DNA from: an uncultured delta proteobacterium
Lineage (GTDB): Bacteria > Desulfobacterota > Binatia > UBA9968
DNA length: 64,000 bases
Direction of reading: 5' to 3'
NCBI GenBank assembly: GCA_963755715.1
Contig: CAVWLW010000026.1
Coordinates: 1-64,000, forward strand
Both the position numbers and the translations under genes were made by a program. Numbering within the stretch: position 1 is the first letter of the stretch; the number at the start of each line of letters is the position of its first letter. Below are positions 50,594-60,912 of the stretch, one piece after another. Under the pieces are notes generated by a model that saw nothing but the letters and a program-made list of their open reading frames with translations, was not told the origin of the DNA and did not search any database.

Positions 50594-51505
50594 CTACTGC
50601 GGTATCGGATGTTTACGAAACCAATCGACGAGGAAATCCCCCAGAGAGCGAATCTTTTGCGGCGTTGGTTTCCCAGGTGAGAAGACCAGGGACAGCGGGT
50701 GAACGGGGATAGGGAAATGAGTTAGAATCTCGCGCAAAGCGCCGCTTTTGAGATCCTCTTTGACACAGTAGAGAGGCAAGATCGCAATACCCAGCGCTTC
50801 AAGCGCGGCTTTGCGAAGCACGAGCACACTATTCGAGGCAAATGGGCCCTGAACTTTTACCGAAGCGAGGCCAGCCGCGTCGCAAAGACGCCAGACTCGG
50901 TCGCTTGGGTCCGAGTTAATATGGACCAAACATTGATGCCGCGTAAGATCTTTCGGCCGACGCGGTTCGCCATGCTGCTTGAGATAATTCGGCGATGCGC
51001 AAAGCAGCCAACGCAAGTTGGCAATTTTTCTGGCGACCAAGCTCGACTCGCGAATTGGCGTCGTATGCACTGCGACATCGAATCCGCGTTCGATAAAATC
51101 GTAGCTGCGAAACGAAAGATCATCGAGCATCAGGTTGATATTGAGATGCGGATAGGCCGCGGCGAAACTCGCGATCGCGTCGCCGAGCGCCAACGTGGTC
51201 AAAGATTTTGGCGCAAGAATCTTGAGCGAGCCGGCGGGCTCCTTTTGCGTCCGTTTGAGAGAAGTTTCTTGTTCTTCGGTTTCCTGAATGACCCGCTGGC
51301 AAAAATTAAAATGCGCCGCCCCGGCCTCGGTTAGTGTGATGCGCCGAGTCGTCCGCGTGAGCAGCCGAACTCCCAGGTGGCTTTCCAGGTCCGTCACGTG
51401 ACGCGAAACCAGCGGCCGCGAGAGCCCGAGCAGCTTGGCGGCCTCTGAGAAGCTGCCAAGTCTGATGACTTCAACGAAGCTCTGCATGGTTCGAAAGCGG
51501 TCCAT
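50594..51505 (-). CDS. LysR-family regulator (CrgA/DmlR-like)
   Basis: GSFSEAA HTH, LLTRTTR, CASPNYL, GIAILP. Confidence 0.93.
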   Translation of the reverse strand: MDRFRTMQSFVEVIRLGSFSEAAKLLGLSRPLVSRHVTDLESHLGVRLLTRTTRRITLTEAGAAHFNFCQRVIQETEEQETSLKRTQKEPAGSLKILAPKSLTTLALGDAIASFAAAYPHLNINLMLDDLSFRSYDFIERGFDVAVHTTPIRESSLVARKIANLRWLLCASPNYLKQHGEPRRPKDLTRHQCLVHINSDPSDRVWRLCDAAGLASVKVQGPFASNSVLVLRKAALEALGIAILPLYCVKEDLKSGALREILTHFPIPVHPLSLVFSPGKPTPQKIRSLGDFLVDWFRKHPIPQ

Positions 51506-51718
51506 AATTGATTTGATTAGTTAAATATCTGCAACCTTGCTTTTAATATTTGTGATCTTCTCGCGATAAATGCACAAGGGATACTGTGGCTATTCGCTAC
51601 ATCGGCTAACTATTATTCGCCGGAACACGGCAACTAATTAGAGCACTTGTCAAACAGACAATTCAAGGTTTAATGATGTCTACGAAAAATCTCGTCCCTG
51701 GGAGAGAGGCGGAGCCCG

Positions 51719-52714
51719 ATGAAGAAACGTCAACGAAGTAGAATCACTTCAGGGGCAGCGAACATCATTTGTTTCTTACTATGCTCGTTGGCGCAGGCCG
51801 ATGCCGCCGAGCCGCTTAGAAAAATGCGCATCGCCATACCGAGCATCGTCATCGATTTCGCGCCGCTCTGGATTGCGCGCGACAAGGGTTTTTTTCGCGA
51901 CGAACGTATCGAGGTAGAGATCCCCTATATTCAAGGCAATGTTCGAGGCGTCCAATCCCTGCTAGCCGGCGACGTGCAGGTGGGAATCGCCGGCTCTGCA
52001 GGTCCGATATCAGCAAAGGCGGCTGGAGAGGACGCAGTAATCGTGGCGGTACCGATGAACCGTTTAGACTATACCTTCGTGGGGCGCCAGCCATTTAAGA
52101 GTCCAAGCGACCTCAATGGCAAGAAAGTTGGTATCGGGTCGTTTGGCGGCTCCGACGAGGTCGCCACCCGCATTGCCCTGGAACATCTGGGGGTCGATTC
52201 GAACAGCGTGACAAGACTTCAAATCGGCGGGTCGGCGGAACGCCTTGCCGCGCTTCGCACCGGGTCCATAGATGCCGCTAACATAGGCGGCGCGACTTTT
52301 ATCGGCGGCGGCGCGGGGCTCTATAAACTTCTCGATCTCACCGAGCTCGGCGTTGAATTTCCTTTCACGGCGATATTTACGACAAGAAGATATGCGCAGG
52401 CAAACCGGGAAACCGTGCTGGCAGTGATTCGAGCATACATGAGAGGCGTTCGTTTTTTCCAGCAGAGCAAAGATGAATCGATTACCATAACCGCGCGCAA
52501 CCTCAGAACGACCAACCGTGAACTGCTGGAACGCCAGTGGCAATACGTCAAAGATCACGTCTATGAGAAAATACCCCTGCCGAGCGAGAAAGGCTTCAAG
52601 TTGATTTTTGACGTAATGGCGCCGCGAAATCCTAAGATAGCCGGGCTGCGGATGGATGATGTCTTTGACGCCAGTTTTGTGCGAGAGTTGGCGGACAAAG
52701 GGTTCTTTAAATAA
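51719..52714 (+). CDS. NMT1/SsuA-type ABC substrate-binding protein
   Basis: PLWIA..GFF, DLNGKKVG, RLAAL, SFVREL..GF. Confidence 0.87.
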   Translation: MKKRQRSRITSGAANIICFLLCSLAQADAAEPLRKMRIAIPSIVIDFAPLWIARDKGFFRDERIEVEIPYIQGNVRGVQSLLAGDVQVGIAGSAGPISAKAAGEDAVIVAVPMNRLDYTFVGRQPFKSPSDLNGKKVGIGSFGGSDEVATRIALEHLGVDSNSVTRLQIGGSAERLAALRTGSIDAANIGGATFIGGGAGLYKLLDLTELGVEFPFTAIFTTRRYAQANRETVLAVIRAYMRGVRFFQQSKDESITITARNLRTTNRELLERQWQYVKDHVYEKIPLPSEKGFKLIFDVMAPRNPKIAGLRMDDVFDASFVRELADKGFFK

Positions 52715-52729
52715 GCGAGGTCTAAGCCA

Positions 52730-53704
52730 ATGGCAGCGAAATTAATCAATGGGAGCGGGGCGAGGATAGATGTTCACGCCCATGCCTTTACGCCCGAGTT
52801 TACGAGAGTGCTAAGAAAAAGCGTATCTCGACCACTCGATATCAGAAGCATCTGGGAATGGGATGAGAATAGATTCTTGGGTGAAATGGATCGCTGGAAT
52901 GTCACGTTACAGGTCCTATCATTGCCCCAGATGTACGAGTACTTCGATTGGGGAAATCGCAAGCCGGCGATTGAAATGTCCCAGGTCGCTAATGATGAAT
53001 ACGCCCAAATATGCGCAAAGCATCCGGAACGGTTCAGGATGTTCGCGTCCATTCCGATGATGGACGCCGACCAGGCGTGCAAGGAGCTAGAGAGAGCAAG
53101 TCGTTTTCCCGGGTTCTCCGGTATTACCCTGTGCACCCATATTCGAGAGCGAGCGCTGGATGAAACTGAGTTCGCGACTTTCTTTGCTTATGCCAATGCA
53201 AGTGGTCTGGCAATGTTTCTTCATCCTCTGGAGCGGCCCTTGCCCAAAGAGTGGAATGTTTACCGTCTCGATCACCTCATTGGGCTGCCGGTGGATACGA
53301 CCTTTGCGTTATCGAGACTCGCGCTGGGGGGTTTCTTCGACAAATATCCAAACCTCAAAGTTATCGCTGCCCACGTCGGCGGAGCCATCCCTTTTTTAGC
53401 CCGTAGAATCGAGAGAGCCTTTCGTGAGGGCAGAAGCGAGCACAAACCAAGTCATTATTTTGGCCAACTCTTTTACGACACGGCGGGACCCACCGATGAA
53501 GCCATCGTCGCCTGCGTTGCCAGAATGTTCGGTTCCGAACAAATCGTATTCGGCACCGACTATCCCTTCGGACTCGGGCAAGAGGGAAAGCAATACACGG
53601 AACATGCCGTTGGGGTAGTCCAAGAGTCGGGTTTGGGCGAGACGGATTTGGCAAAAATATACGGCGGCAACGCGCGCCGGCTGTTGCATATCGACCGGCT
53701 GTAA
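52730..53704 (+). CDS. ACMSD-like amidohydrolase (decarboxylase/hydratase)
   Basis: DVHAH, FLHP, AHVGG, FGTDYP. Confidence 0.85.
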   Translation: MAAKLINGSGARIDVHAHAFTPEFTRVLRKSVSRPLDIRSIWEWDENRFLGEMDRWNVTLQVLSLPQMYEYFDWGNRKPAIEMSQVANDEYAQICAKHPERFRMFASIPMMDADQACKELERASRFPGFSGITLCTHIRERALDETEFATFFAYANASGLAMFLHPLERPLPKEWNVYRLDHLIGLPVDTTFALSRLALGGFFDKYPNLKVIAAHVGGAIPFLARRIERAFREGRSEHKPSHYFGQLFYDTAGPTDEAIVACVARMFGSEQIVFGTDYPFGLGQEGKQYTEHAVGVVQESGLGETDLAKIYGGNARRLLHIDRL

Positions 53705-53734
53705 CGGGCGAACCTCAAACCGAGGGGGCATCAT

Positions 53735-54439
53735 ATGATTCGCGTCGGATTCGTCATCGGCGGCTACCCACCCGAAGAACACAAACGGCGCGCCGATGTC
53801 GCACTCTCCTATTCTACCGCGGAAATTCAGGTCGGTATCGTCGACGTCGCCGCCAGCCCGTATTTTTACGGCATGACACCGACCGAAATACAGCTCGTCG
53901 CACCGGCGTTCATCGACGCCTTCAAACGCGCCGAGAAAGACGGCTACGATGCGGTCGTGCCTTTGGGCACGCTCGACTTGGGAGTCGATGGCGGCAAATC
54001 AGCGGTGGACATCCCCGTCGTCGGACCGACCGAAGCCTGCCTGCACGTCGCCTCGCTGATTGGCGATCGATTCGGCGTCATGGTTTATCACCCCAGCTTG
54101 GTCGCATTTTCACGGGCGATCATTCGGCGCTACGGGATGGAAGATCGCATCGTCGGTTTCGGCGTGAGCGGATTCGACTTGCCGGACTTGGCGGCACATC
54201 ACGACGAAGTCGTCGACAATTTCGTCAGCGAAGCCAAACGTCTGGTCGCCGAAGGCGCCGAAGTGATTTATCCGATGGGCATCAGCCAATGTCCGGTGCA
54301 CATCAAACCGGCTTGGTTGCAAGAACAAATTGGTGTGCCGGTGGTCGAAGGCTTCGGCACACCGATCAGAATGGCGGCGATGCTGGCGGGCTTAGGCTTG
54401 CGCCAAAGCCGGGCGCGTTGGGTGAAGTCAAGAAACTAA
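53735..54439 (+). CDS. Asp/Glu/hydantoin racemase-family protein
   Basis: AEKDGYDAV, DIPVVG, GAEVI, GVPVVEG, GLRQSR. Confidence 0.85.
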   Translation: MIRVGFVIGGYPPEEHKRRADVALSYSTAEIQVGIVDVAASPYFYGMTPTEIQLVAPAFIDAFKRAEKDGYDAVVPLGTLDLGVDGGKSAVDIPVVGPTEACLHVASLIGDRFGVMVYHPSLVAFSRAIIRRYGMEDRIVGFGVSGFDLPDLAAHHDEVVDNFVSEAKRLVAEGAEVIYPMGISQCPVHIKPAWLQEQIGVPVVEGFGTPIRMAAMLAGLGLRQSRARWVKSRN

Positions 54440-54483
54440 TCGATCACAATCGGCGAGCACAAAAACCAAAAAGGGGCACTCAA

Positions 54484-55302
54484 GTGGCAAATTATGAAAC
54501 CATTTTAGTCGACCGCCAGGACAACATCGCGACGATCACTTTCAACCGGCCCAATAAGCGCAATGCGATGAACCCAAAGCTTCATTATGAGATGGTCGAA
54601 GTCTTGAACGAGCTAAGATTCGATAAGGACTTGCGGGTGCTTATCCTGACCGGCGCCGGCGAGAGCTTTTCCGCAGGCGAGGATCTGAAAGAGTTTTTTT
54701 ATGAACAGCGCGAGCGAATGGAGTTCGAGCGGTTGTTGGAAAAGGCGTTGGAGTGGCGCGTGCGCATCTTGCGCGCCTTTCCTGTTCCCACCATCGCAGC
54801 GATCAATGGATTCTGCTTCGGCGGCGCTTTCTCGATCGTATCCGGTTGCGACATCGCGATCGCAGCGGACGAAGCCACCTTTGGACTCTCCGAAGTGAAC
54901 TTCGGCCATTTCCCGGGTGGCCCGGTCAGCAAGCAAATATCGCAGATCATGCGCGTCCGCGATGCGGTCTACTACATCCTTACCGGCGATACATTCAACG
55001 GCAAACGGGCCGCGGAAATTGGCTTTGTGACCTTTTCGGTGCCGCGATCGTCGTTGATGGAGGAAGCCAACAAACTCGCCAAGAAGCTCGCTGAAAAAGA
55101 CCCGCTCGCGCTCCGCGCTTGTAAAGACGCGTACCGCGACAGCTTACTGATTCCCGACTACGAGACCGCCTTGAGTTACAGTTCGGCGAAAAGCGACCAG
55201 CTTTCTTTTCTGCAGGGCGGCGCATGGAAAGAGCAGGGCATCAAGCAGTTTATCGAAGGCCAGTATCGACCGGGATTCGGCGCGTTCAAGAAAGAAAATT
55301 AG
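54484..55302 (+). CDS. Hydroxycinnamoyl-CoA hydratase/lyase-like crotonase
   Basis: NRPNKRNAM, DLKEFF, CFGGAFS, FGLSEVN, AK.DQ, EQGIKQF..PG; GTG start. Confidence 0.8.
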   Translation: MANYETILVDRQDNIATITFNRPNKRNAMNPKLHYEMVEVLNELRFDKDLRVLILTGAGESFSAGEDLKEFFYEQRERMEFERLLEKALEWRVRILRAFPVPTIAAINGFCFGGAFSIVSGCDIAIAADEATFGLSEVNFGHFPGGPVSKQISQIMRVRDAVYYILTGDTFNGKRAAEIGFVTFSVPRSSLMEEANKLAKKLAEKDPLALRACKDAYRDSLLIPDYETALSYSSAKSDQLSFLQGGAWKEQGIKQFIEGQYRPGFGAFKKEN

Positions 55303-55312
55303 CCTTGCACTC

Positions 55313-56302
55313 ATGAAGACCGGCAAGCCTTTCCTCCCGGCTATTTTTGGGCTCATGGCGTGCCTGTTGTCGTTTGCTCCGGCTCTCGCGCTGGAGAGCC
55401 TCGTCATCGCCTATCCGACCACCAGCAGTCAGTTTACCCCGCTTTGGTTTGCCCGCGACGTCGGGCTTTACGAGAAATACAACCTGGACGGCAAGCTGGT
55501 CTTCATCCAGGGCGGCAGCGTGCTGCTCCAAGCGATGATTGCCGGTCAGGCCCAGGCGGCGCAAAACGGCGTGGCCGAAACCGTGACCGCGATTCTCCGC
55601 GGCGGCGATCTCCGCATGCTCGGCGTCACCGCGAAAATTTTTCCCTATAGTTTGATCGCGGCTAAGAATGTCAAAAGCGCCAAGGATCTCATCGGCGGTC
55701 GGATCGGCATCAACCGCATCGGTGACGTGAGCGCTTACGGCTCGCAGCTGGCGCTGCGCAAACTGGGGCTCAACCCGGAAAAAGACGTGACCATGATGCA
55801 AATCGGCGGCTCGCCGCAGCGTTTGGCCGCATTGCAATCCGGCGCCGTGCAAGCGGCGGCAATGGATTTCATGTCGGGGCTTCGACTGGCCAAGCTCGGC
55901 TTTCCGGTGCTCATGCAGCTCAACTTGAACTATCCCTATCTGGGTCCGATGGTGTCCGGTAAATTCCTCCGCGAAAGTCCCGCCACCGCCGAGGCCTTTA
56001 TCAAAGCCTTCGTCGAAGCCATTGCGCGCTTCAAGCGCAACCGCGAAGAGGGCATCAAAGCGCTGGCGCGCTACATGAAGTCCAACGAAACCGACGTGCT
56101 GAATAAAGCCTATGACTTCATCGCCAACGATTTTTACGCCGAGACTCTGGAGCCGGACGCCAAAGGCTTCCAAGACCTGATCGACGAGATCGCCGAGCGC
56201 GAACCGCTGGCCAAAAAGGCGACCCTCGGCCAAGTCTTCGATTTGACCATCGCGCGCAAGCTCGAAAAGCAAGGCTTTTTTGAGACCGTGTTCAAACGCT
56301 AG
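55313..56302 (+). CDS. NMT1/SsuA-type ABC substrate-binding protein
   Basis: Signal peptide, PLWFA, GLNPEKDV, RLAALQSG. Confidence 0.87.
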   Translation: MKTGKPFLPAIFGLMACLLSFAPALALESLVIAYPTTSSQFTPLWFARDVGLYEKYNLDGKLVFIQGGSVLLQAMIAGQAQAAQNGVAETVTAILRGGDLRMLGVTAKIFPYSLIAAKNVKSAKDLIGGRIGINRIGDVSAYGSQLALRKLGLNPEKDVTMMQIGGSPQRLAALQSGAVQAAAMDFMSGLRLAKLGFPVLMQLNLNYPYLGPMVSGKFLRESPATAEAFIKAFVEAIARFKRNREEGIKALARYMKSNETDVLNKAYDFIANDFYAETLEPDAKGFQDLIDEIAEREPLAKKATLGQVFDLTIARKLEKQGFFETVFKR

Positions 56303-56334
56303 GCGCGAGCCGATTCGCACAAGGAGAGTGAACT

Positions 56335-57486
56335 ATGGCATCGACGACTCAGAAAAATGGCACAGAAAATTCCGCGCCGTTTAAGATTGAGAAAGTTCAA
56401 AGTTGGCGCGCGACTTTGCGTCGAGCAACGGCTTGGAAAACCGCGCGGTATACCAAAGGAGACATCGAAGCCACTGTCGTTGGCATCAGCGACCATCACG
56501 GCAACACCGGTTACGGCTATATGCCGGCGATGCTGATCGTCGGCGAATCGCCGGCGACGGCCGAGGCGTTGCTGCACACCACCATCGCGCCGTTGCTTGG
56601 GCAAGACCCAGTCGACGGCGTACAGCCAGTCATGCGCGCTATCGATCTCGCCATCGGCGGCAATGTTCAGCTGAAGTTCGCCGTCGAAGAGGCGTTGCTC
56701 GATCTCTACGCCAAGCGCATGCAGACGCCGCTGTTTAATTTATTCGGCGGCGTCAGCCGGCGGGAGGTGCCGGTGATGCGCATGCTCGGTCTCAAGCCGC
56801 CCAAAGAAACCGCCGATGAGGCGCTCGCTCTAGCCGAGCGCGGCTATCGTTATGTCAAAATCAAGATCGGCCTCGATGACAAGCGCGATATCGAAACGGT
56901 CAAGCGCACCCGCGATGCGCTTGGTGAAGACGTGTTCATCTCGGTGGACGCCAATCAAGCCTATACGCCGATGCGCGCGGTGAAAATCTTAAACCAGCTG
57001 AGTGATTGTAACCTCGTCGTCGTCGAGCAACCGGTCAGGCAAGACGACGTGCGCGGCATGAAGTTTGTGCGAAAGAATGTGAATATTCCGATCATGGCCG
57101 ACGAAGGCGTGAACACCGTGGCCGATGCGCTGCGCTTGATCGAAGCCGACGCCATGGACGCGGTCAGCATCAAGATTTGGAAAATGGGCGGTTATTACAA
57201 ATCCCGCGAGATCGCATCGGTGTGTAGCGCCGCCAACGTTGGCGTCCACGTCGGCAGCACGGCTGGCAGCCAGCTCATGGAAGCGATGCAGCTCCACTTC
57301 TGCGCGGCGATACCGGACTTGTTCGCCGGCGCCGAGATCGGCGAGTTTGAAAGCTTGAACGATGACCCGGCGTCGGGCTTGACCGTCGAACAAGGAACGC
57401 TCGAAGTCTCCGACCGCCCCGGCCTCGGTATCGACATCGACATGGACAAGCTGCAAGAAACCACCGCGTTGTGGCAGCCGAAATAG
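56335..57486 (+). CDS. Enolase superfamily, MLE/dipeptide-epimerase subgroup
   Basis: KIK, DAN, EQP, ADE, second Lys in SIKIWKMGG, PGLG. Confidence 0.88.
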   Translation: MASTTQKNGTENSAPFKIEKVQSWRATLRRATAWKTARYTKGDIEATVVGISDHHGNTGYGYMPAMLIVGESPATAEALLHTTIAPLLGQDPVDGVQPVMRAIDLAIGGNVQLKFAVEEALLDLYAKRMQTPLFNLFGGVSRREVPVMRMLGLKPPKETADEALALAERGYRYVKIKIGLDDKRDIETVKRTRDALGEDVFISVDANQAYTPMRAVKILNQLSDCNLVVVEQPVRQDDVRGMKFVRKNVNIPIMADEGVNTVADALRLIEADAMDAVSIKIWKMGGYYKSREIASVCSAANVGVHVGSTAGSQLMEAMQLHFCAAIPDLFAGAEIGEFESLNDDPASGLTVEQGTLEVSDRPGLGIDIDMDKLQETTALWQPK

Positions 57487-57493
57487 GTGGTGA

Positions 57494-57550
57494 CTCGGCG
57501 TCGATATCGATCTGAATAAGCTGCAAGAGACGACCGCGTTGTCTAAGTAA
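57494..57550 (+). repeat. Diverged tandem duplicate of the enolase-family gene 3' end
   Basis: LGVDIDLNKLQETTALSK* versus LGIDIDMDKLQETTALWQPK* (57424-57486). Confidence 0.8.
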
Positions 57551-57633
57551 ATAAGAGTCTTTCTGGCGATGGAGCAATGGGGGAGTGCAGTCGTCTATCC
57601 ACCCTAGGCTCTGTGTCAAACACGTGGTCTGAG

Positions 57634-58587
57634 TCAGGCTTGAGATTGGTTCGAAACGAGTGAGGTGACGAGCTCAGAACACTGCCCGTATCGCTTTTTT
57701 ATCAAATCGAGAAAGTCTTGGACGTTGTAGGAAAGCGGCTTATCCTTTCGATAGATGACGAATGAATTGATCTTTAAGTCTTGGACGTCCCTAATTCTGA
57801 GAATTTTCACCTCACGTCTGTGGATCTCCTCGTCCAGATGAGCCTCCATTAAGATTCCGATCCCCGCTCCTCTCAGGATAACGGCCTTGGCAGCTTCGCC
57901 GGAGCTGCACTCCATCAGAATATTGGGACTGTGACCTTGTTCTTCCATATGTTTCAATATATCTAAAAAAGCCTCTCCGGTGCCCCTTCGAATTCCTCTG
58001 TGAATAATCAGCGGCTCTTTCGCAACGTCCGCAAGGCTCAACTCTCTTTTTCTTGCCAATGGATGGTGTACGGAAACAAATAATATGACCCTCTCTTGAC
58101 GAAACGGCTCATACTGCAGTTCTGAAGAGTGGGAGGAGTGAGTGATAATGGCGATTTCCAGTTCCGAGTTCTAGAGCAAGACGTTCTATGCTTTGACTAC
58201 TCTTGGTCTGCAACTTAACCTGCACCAACGGTATGATTTTTTTTGAAGGCCGCTAAACATAGCGGCAAAACGAATTTCGAGGGAACGTGGGAGCCACCAA
58301 CCAGTAAGGGTCCAGTCTCCGGAGACCTCCGGCTCGCGTCGAAGTTTCGCTGCAGAGTTTCGACCCTATCCAAAATCTCGCGTGCTTCGGGACTGAAGTT
58401 TTAGACCGTCAGCTGTGAGTTCGATGCCGCGGCCGACCTTGCGGTAAAGCCGAAGCCCACAAGATTCTTCGAGCGATTTAATCTGCTGAAACACCGAAGG
58501 CTGGCTAATATGAAGTTCTGCGGACGCCTTGGTGATGTTGAGGTGCCGCGAAACCACATGAAAAATTCTAAGTTGGTGTAAGGTCAT
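57634..58587 (-). pseudogene. LysR regulator, fragmented by several frameshifts/stops
   Basis: MTLHQL..ITKAS.ELHISQP N-terminus; C-terminal substrate-domain piece; no open central frame. Confidence 0.75.
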
Positions 58588-58997
58588 TGATCGGCCCCTC
58601 CAATCCTAGATGGGGCAGCGGTAGGAAGCCTCGCCTGAGTGTTCTAAAGGCTCAGTCATATCCCAGAACGCGCAAAAATCAATAGAGAAAAGGTTATGTA
58701 GATCAATAGAAACAAGTGCGATTGGACAAGGTGTTACGTTCCCAGATAAACAAAGGGCCTGGTGTTTACGTAATTTAGTTTCGACGCTATCAGAATTTCA
58801 GAAGGCCACCGGTCCGCGTGCCGACAGCGAACCCAAACACGCGGATAGATCACGAAGACGGTAGTCTGCAATTCTTCAGCGACATGCGCCAGAGGCCGTG
58901 TGCATTGGCCATAAAGGGATCTGATGGAGAAACATTCCAGTAAGGAGAGTCTCTGTTCGCTAGCCAAATATCCGCTAACGTTTTTCTAGGAGGGAAT

Positions 58998-60428
58998 ATG
59001 TTTAAACGAATAATCACATTTGTTTTTTCACTCACGGCGATTTGCAGCGCTGCGTGGGTCTCGGTGTCGGAAGCTCAGCTTCAGCCGATCACAACTAGCG
59101 TCATATGTAGCACTGTGGCGAATTGTGCAACAGCGAATCTCAGACTAGAGGCGGCGACTATGCGTAGGCCCACCACCGACGTGCTCGGGAGAGCCCATAT
59201 CGGCATAGTCGTCATGCATCCTAATTCGCGCTATATTAATAATAACCTTTGCGCCCCGTTGGCCCAGCGGGGCTTCACGACCTTCTGCACCAACAGTGAG
59301 TTTAGCGGCCGTGACCTCGAGTACTATGGCTACGAGCAGCATGCACCTGGCATTGCAACCTCGATAAATTACCTCAAAAATATTCTGCGGCAGCAGGGCT
59401 TCCCGCCGTGAGGAAAGTCTTCTCTTAGGCTTTAGCATGGGGGCGCCTCTGATGCTCTTTTATCAGAACGTCGCAGAAAACGGACCGGGGGCGTGCCAGG
59501 GACCGGAGAAGATCATTCCTTGCGACGATACAAACCTACACAACTTGCCGAAGCCGGATGGCGTGATGCTGCGCGATGCGCACCTCGGAGACGCGCTGGC
59601 GACGTTCACCTACGTCGATCAGCGGTCCACAACAACGCGTGCGAGCCGCGGAACCCGGCTTTTGATATGTTCGCTGAAGCCAACGGTTACGACCCTGCCA
59701 CAGAAAGCGCAACCTACAGCAAGCAGTTCAACAAGACCTACACCACTCACCAAGCCATTCGCAATCAGGATATCCTTAACGAAGCGTTGGGGCTGCTGCG
59801 GAAAAAGATAAAGGAGACTGGTGATCCGAGCCAACTAGGCGACGACATCCCCTTCGCCGTTGTCGACTCTACCGCCGCCCGGCTGTGGCAGCCGGACATC
59901 AGTTTGCTCAAATACACCAAGCGAGCACACACGCTCTTGGCTCGCGACGGCACGAGACCGGTGCAAATCATCCAGTCGGTTCGAGTCCCTGGCGGCGCGA
60001 GGAATGACGCCTTGGATTGCGCTGCCTCCACGATCACGGCCAACGTGCGTGTCTGGTTGGGCGCTCATGCGCTACGCGCTACGCCTGGAAAGTACACGCA
60101 GACCGAGGACGACATGACAGGCGTGGATTACGATTCGTCCGCGACCTCGTCAGTCGGAAACGTTAAGGGCATTAAAGCGCCGCTGGTCATCATCGCCCAT
60201 ACCGGTCATTATTTTAACAGGCCGGACGAGATCCTTTACGATACCGCGATCAGCTCGGATAAGACAATTGTGTTCAATGAAGGCGCCGTACACGGCGGTA
60301 CGCCGTGTGCTCCTTGCGCTCTCCAAATCGATCCTACTCTCACCCCAGCGCAGGCCAATGCCTATTTTGGCGACACCCTAGGCAGGGAGGCTGATTTCTA
60401 CGCTGAATGGCTGGCGGCACGTTATTAG
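58998..60428 (+). CDS. Secreted alpha/beta-hydrolase-like protein (two or more frameshifts)
   Basis: Signal peptide, LAQRGF, G-F-S-M-G elbow, YQNVAENG, EGAVH. Confidence 0.7.
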
Positions 60429-60512
60429 GATAGCCTGGGTTTTGCACAAAGTTTCGCTAGTGAATTCAGGCAAAGCTGTAATCGAGCTATAGCCAAAAAA
60501 TGGGAAGTTTAC

Positions 60513-60572
60513 GGTGTCAAACATTCAAATCATTTGATTTCCTTCGCTCTCAAAAATTGAATGTTTGACACC
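60513..60572. repeat. Perfect 16-bp inverted repeat
   Basis: GGTGTCAAACATTCAA-N28-TTGAATGTTTGACACC. Confidence 0.8.
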
Positions 60573-60912
60573 AACCTTCCATAAAGAGAAAAGCAATAAT
60601 CGTTGCCAGTTTCGCTGTTCTGTTCAGCTCTCAGCCTCCATTGTCACGCGCGCAAAGCGTGTTCGCTGAACTACTAGAGCTATCTGATCTTAGAAACCGC
60701 TTTTCGGGCTCGAAAAGGCACTTCTAAGCTCTTTAGCGACCACCTCTTATTCAATCTTTTGTTGTGCAATCGAGAAGTTGTGATTCTTGTCAAATGCAAA
60801 GAAATTCTATTAGTATTGGCTGGCGATGCAAGTGCGGAGAGTACCGGCTGGCAATCCGGCACTCCAATACTCCGGTCTGAGAAAGTTAACCTAACTGCGA
60901 GAGGATTTACTC

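Noticed and set aside
675-60428. About a dozen frameshifted genes as programmed frameshifting or mass pseudogenisation
   Set aside because: Mostly isolated single-base indels in otherwise intact unrelated genes, with no shared slippery motif; long-read consensus error is more parsimonious (needs read check)
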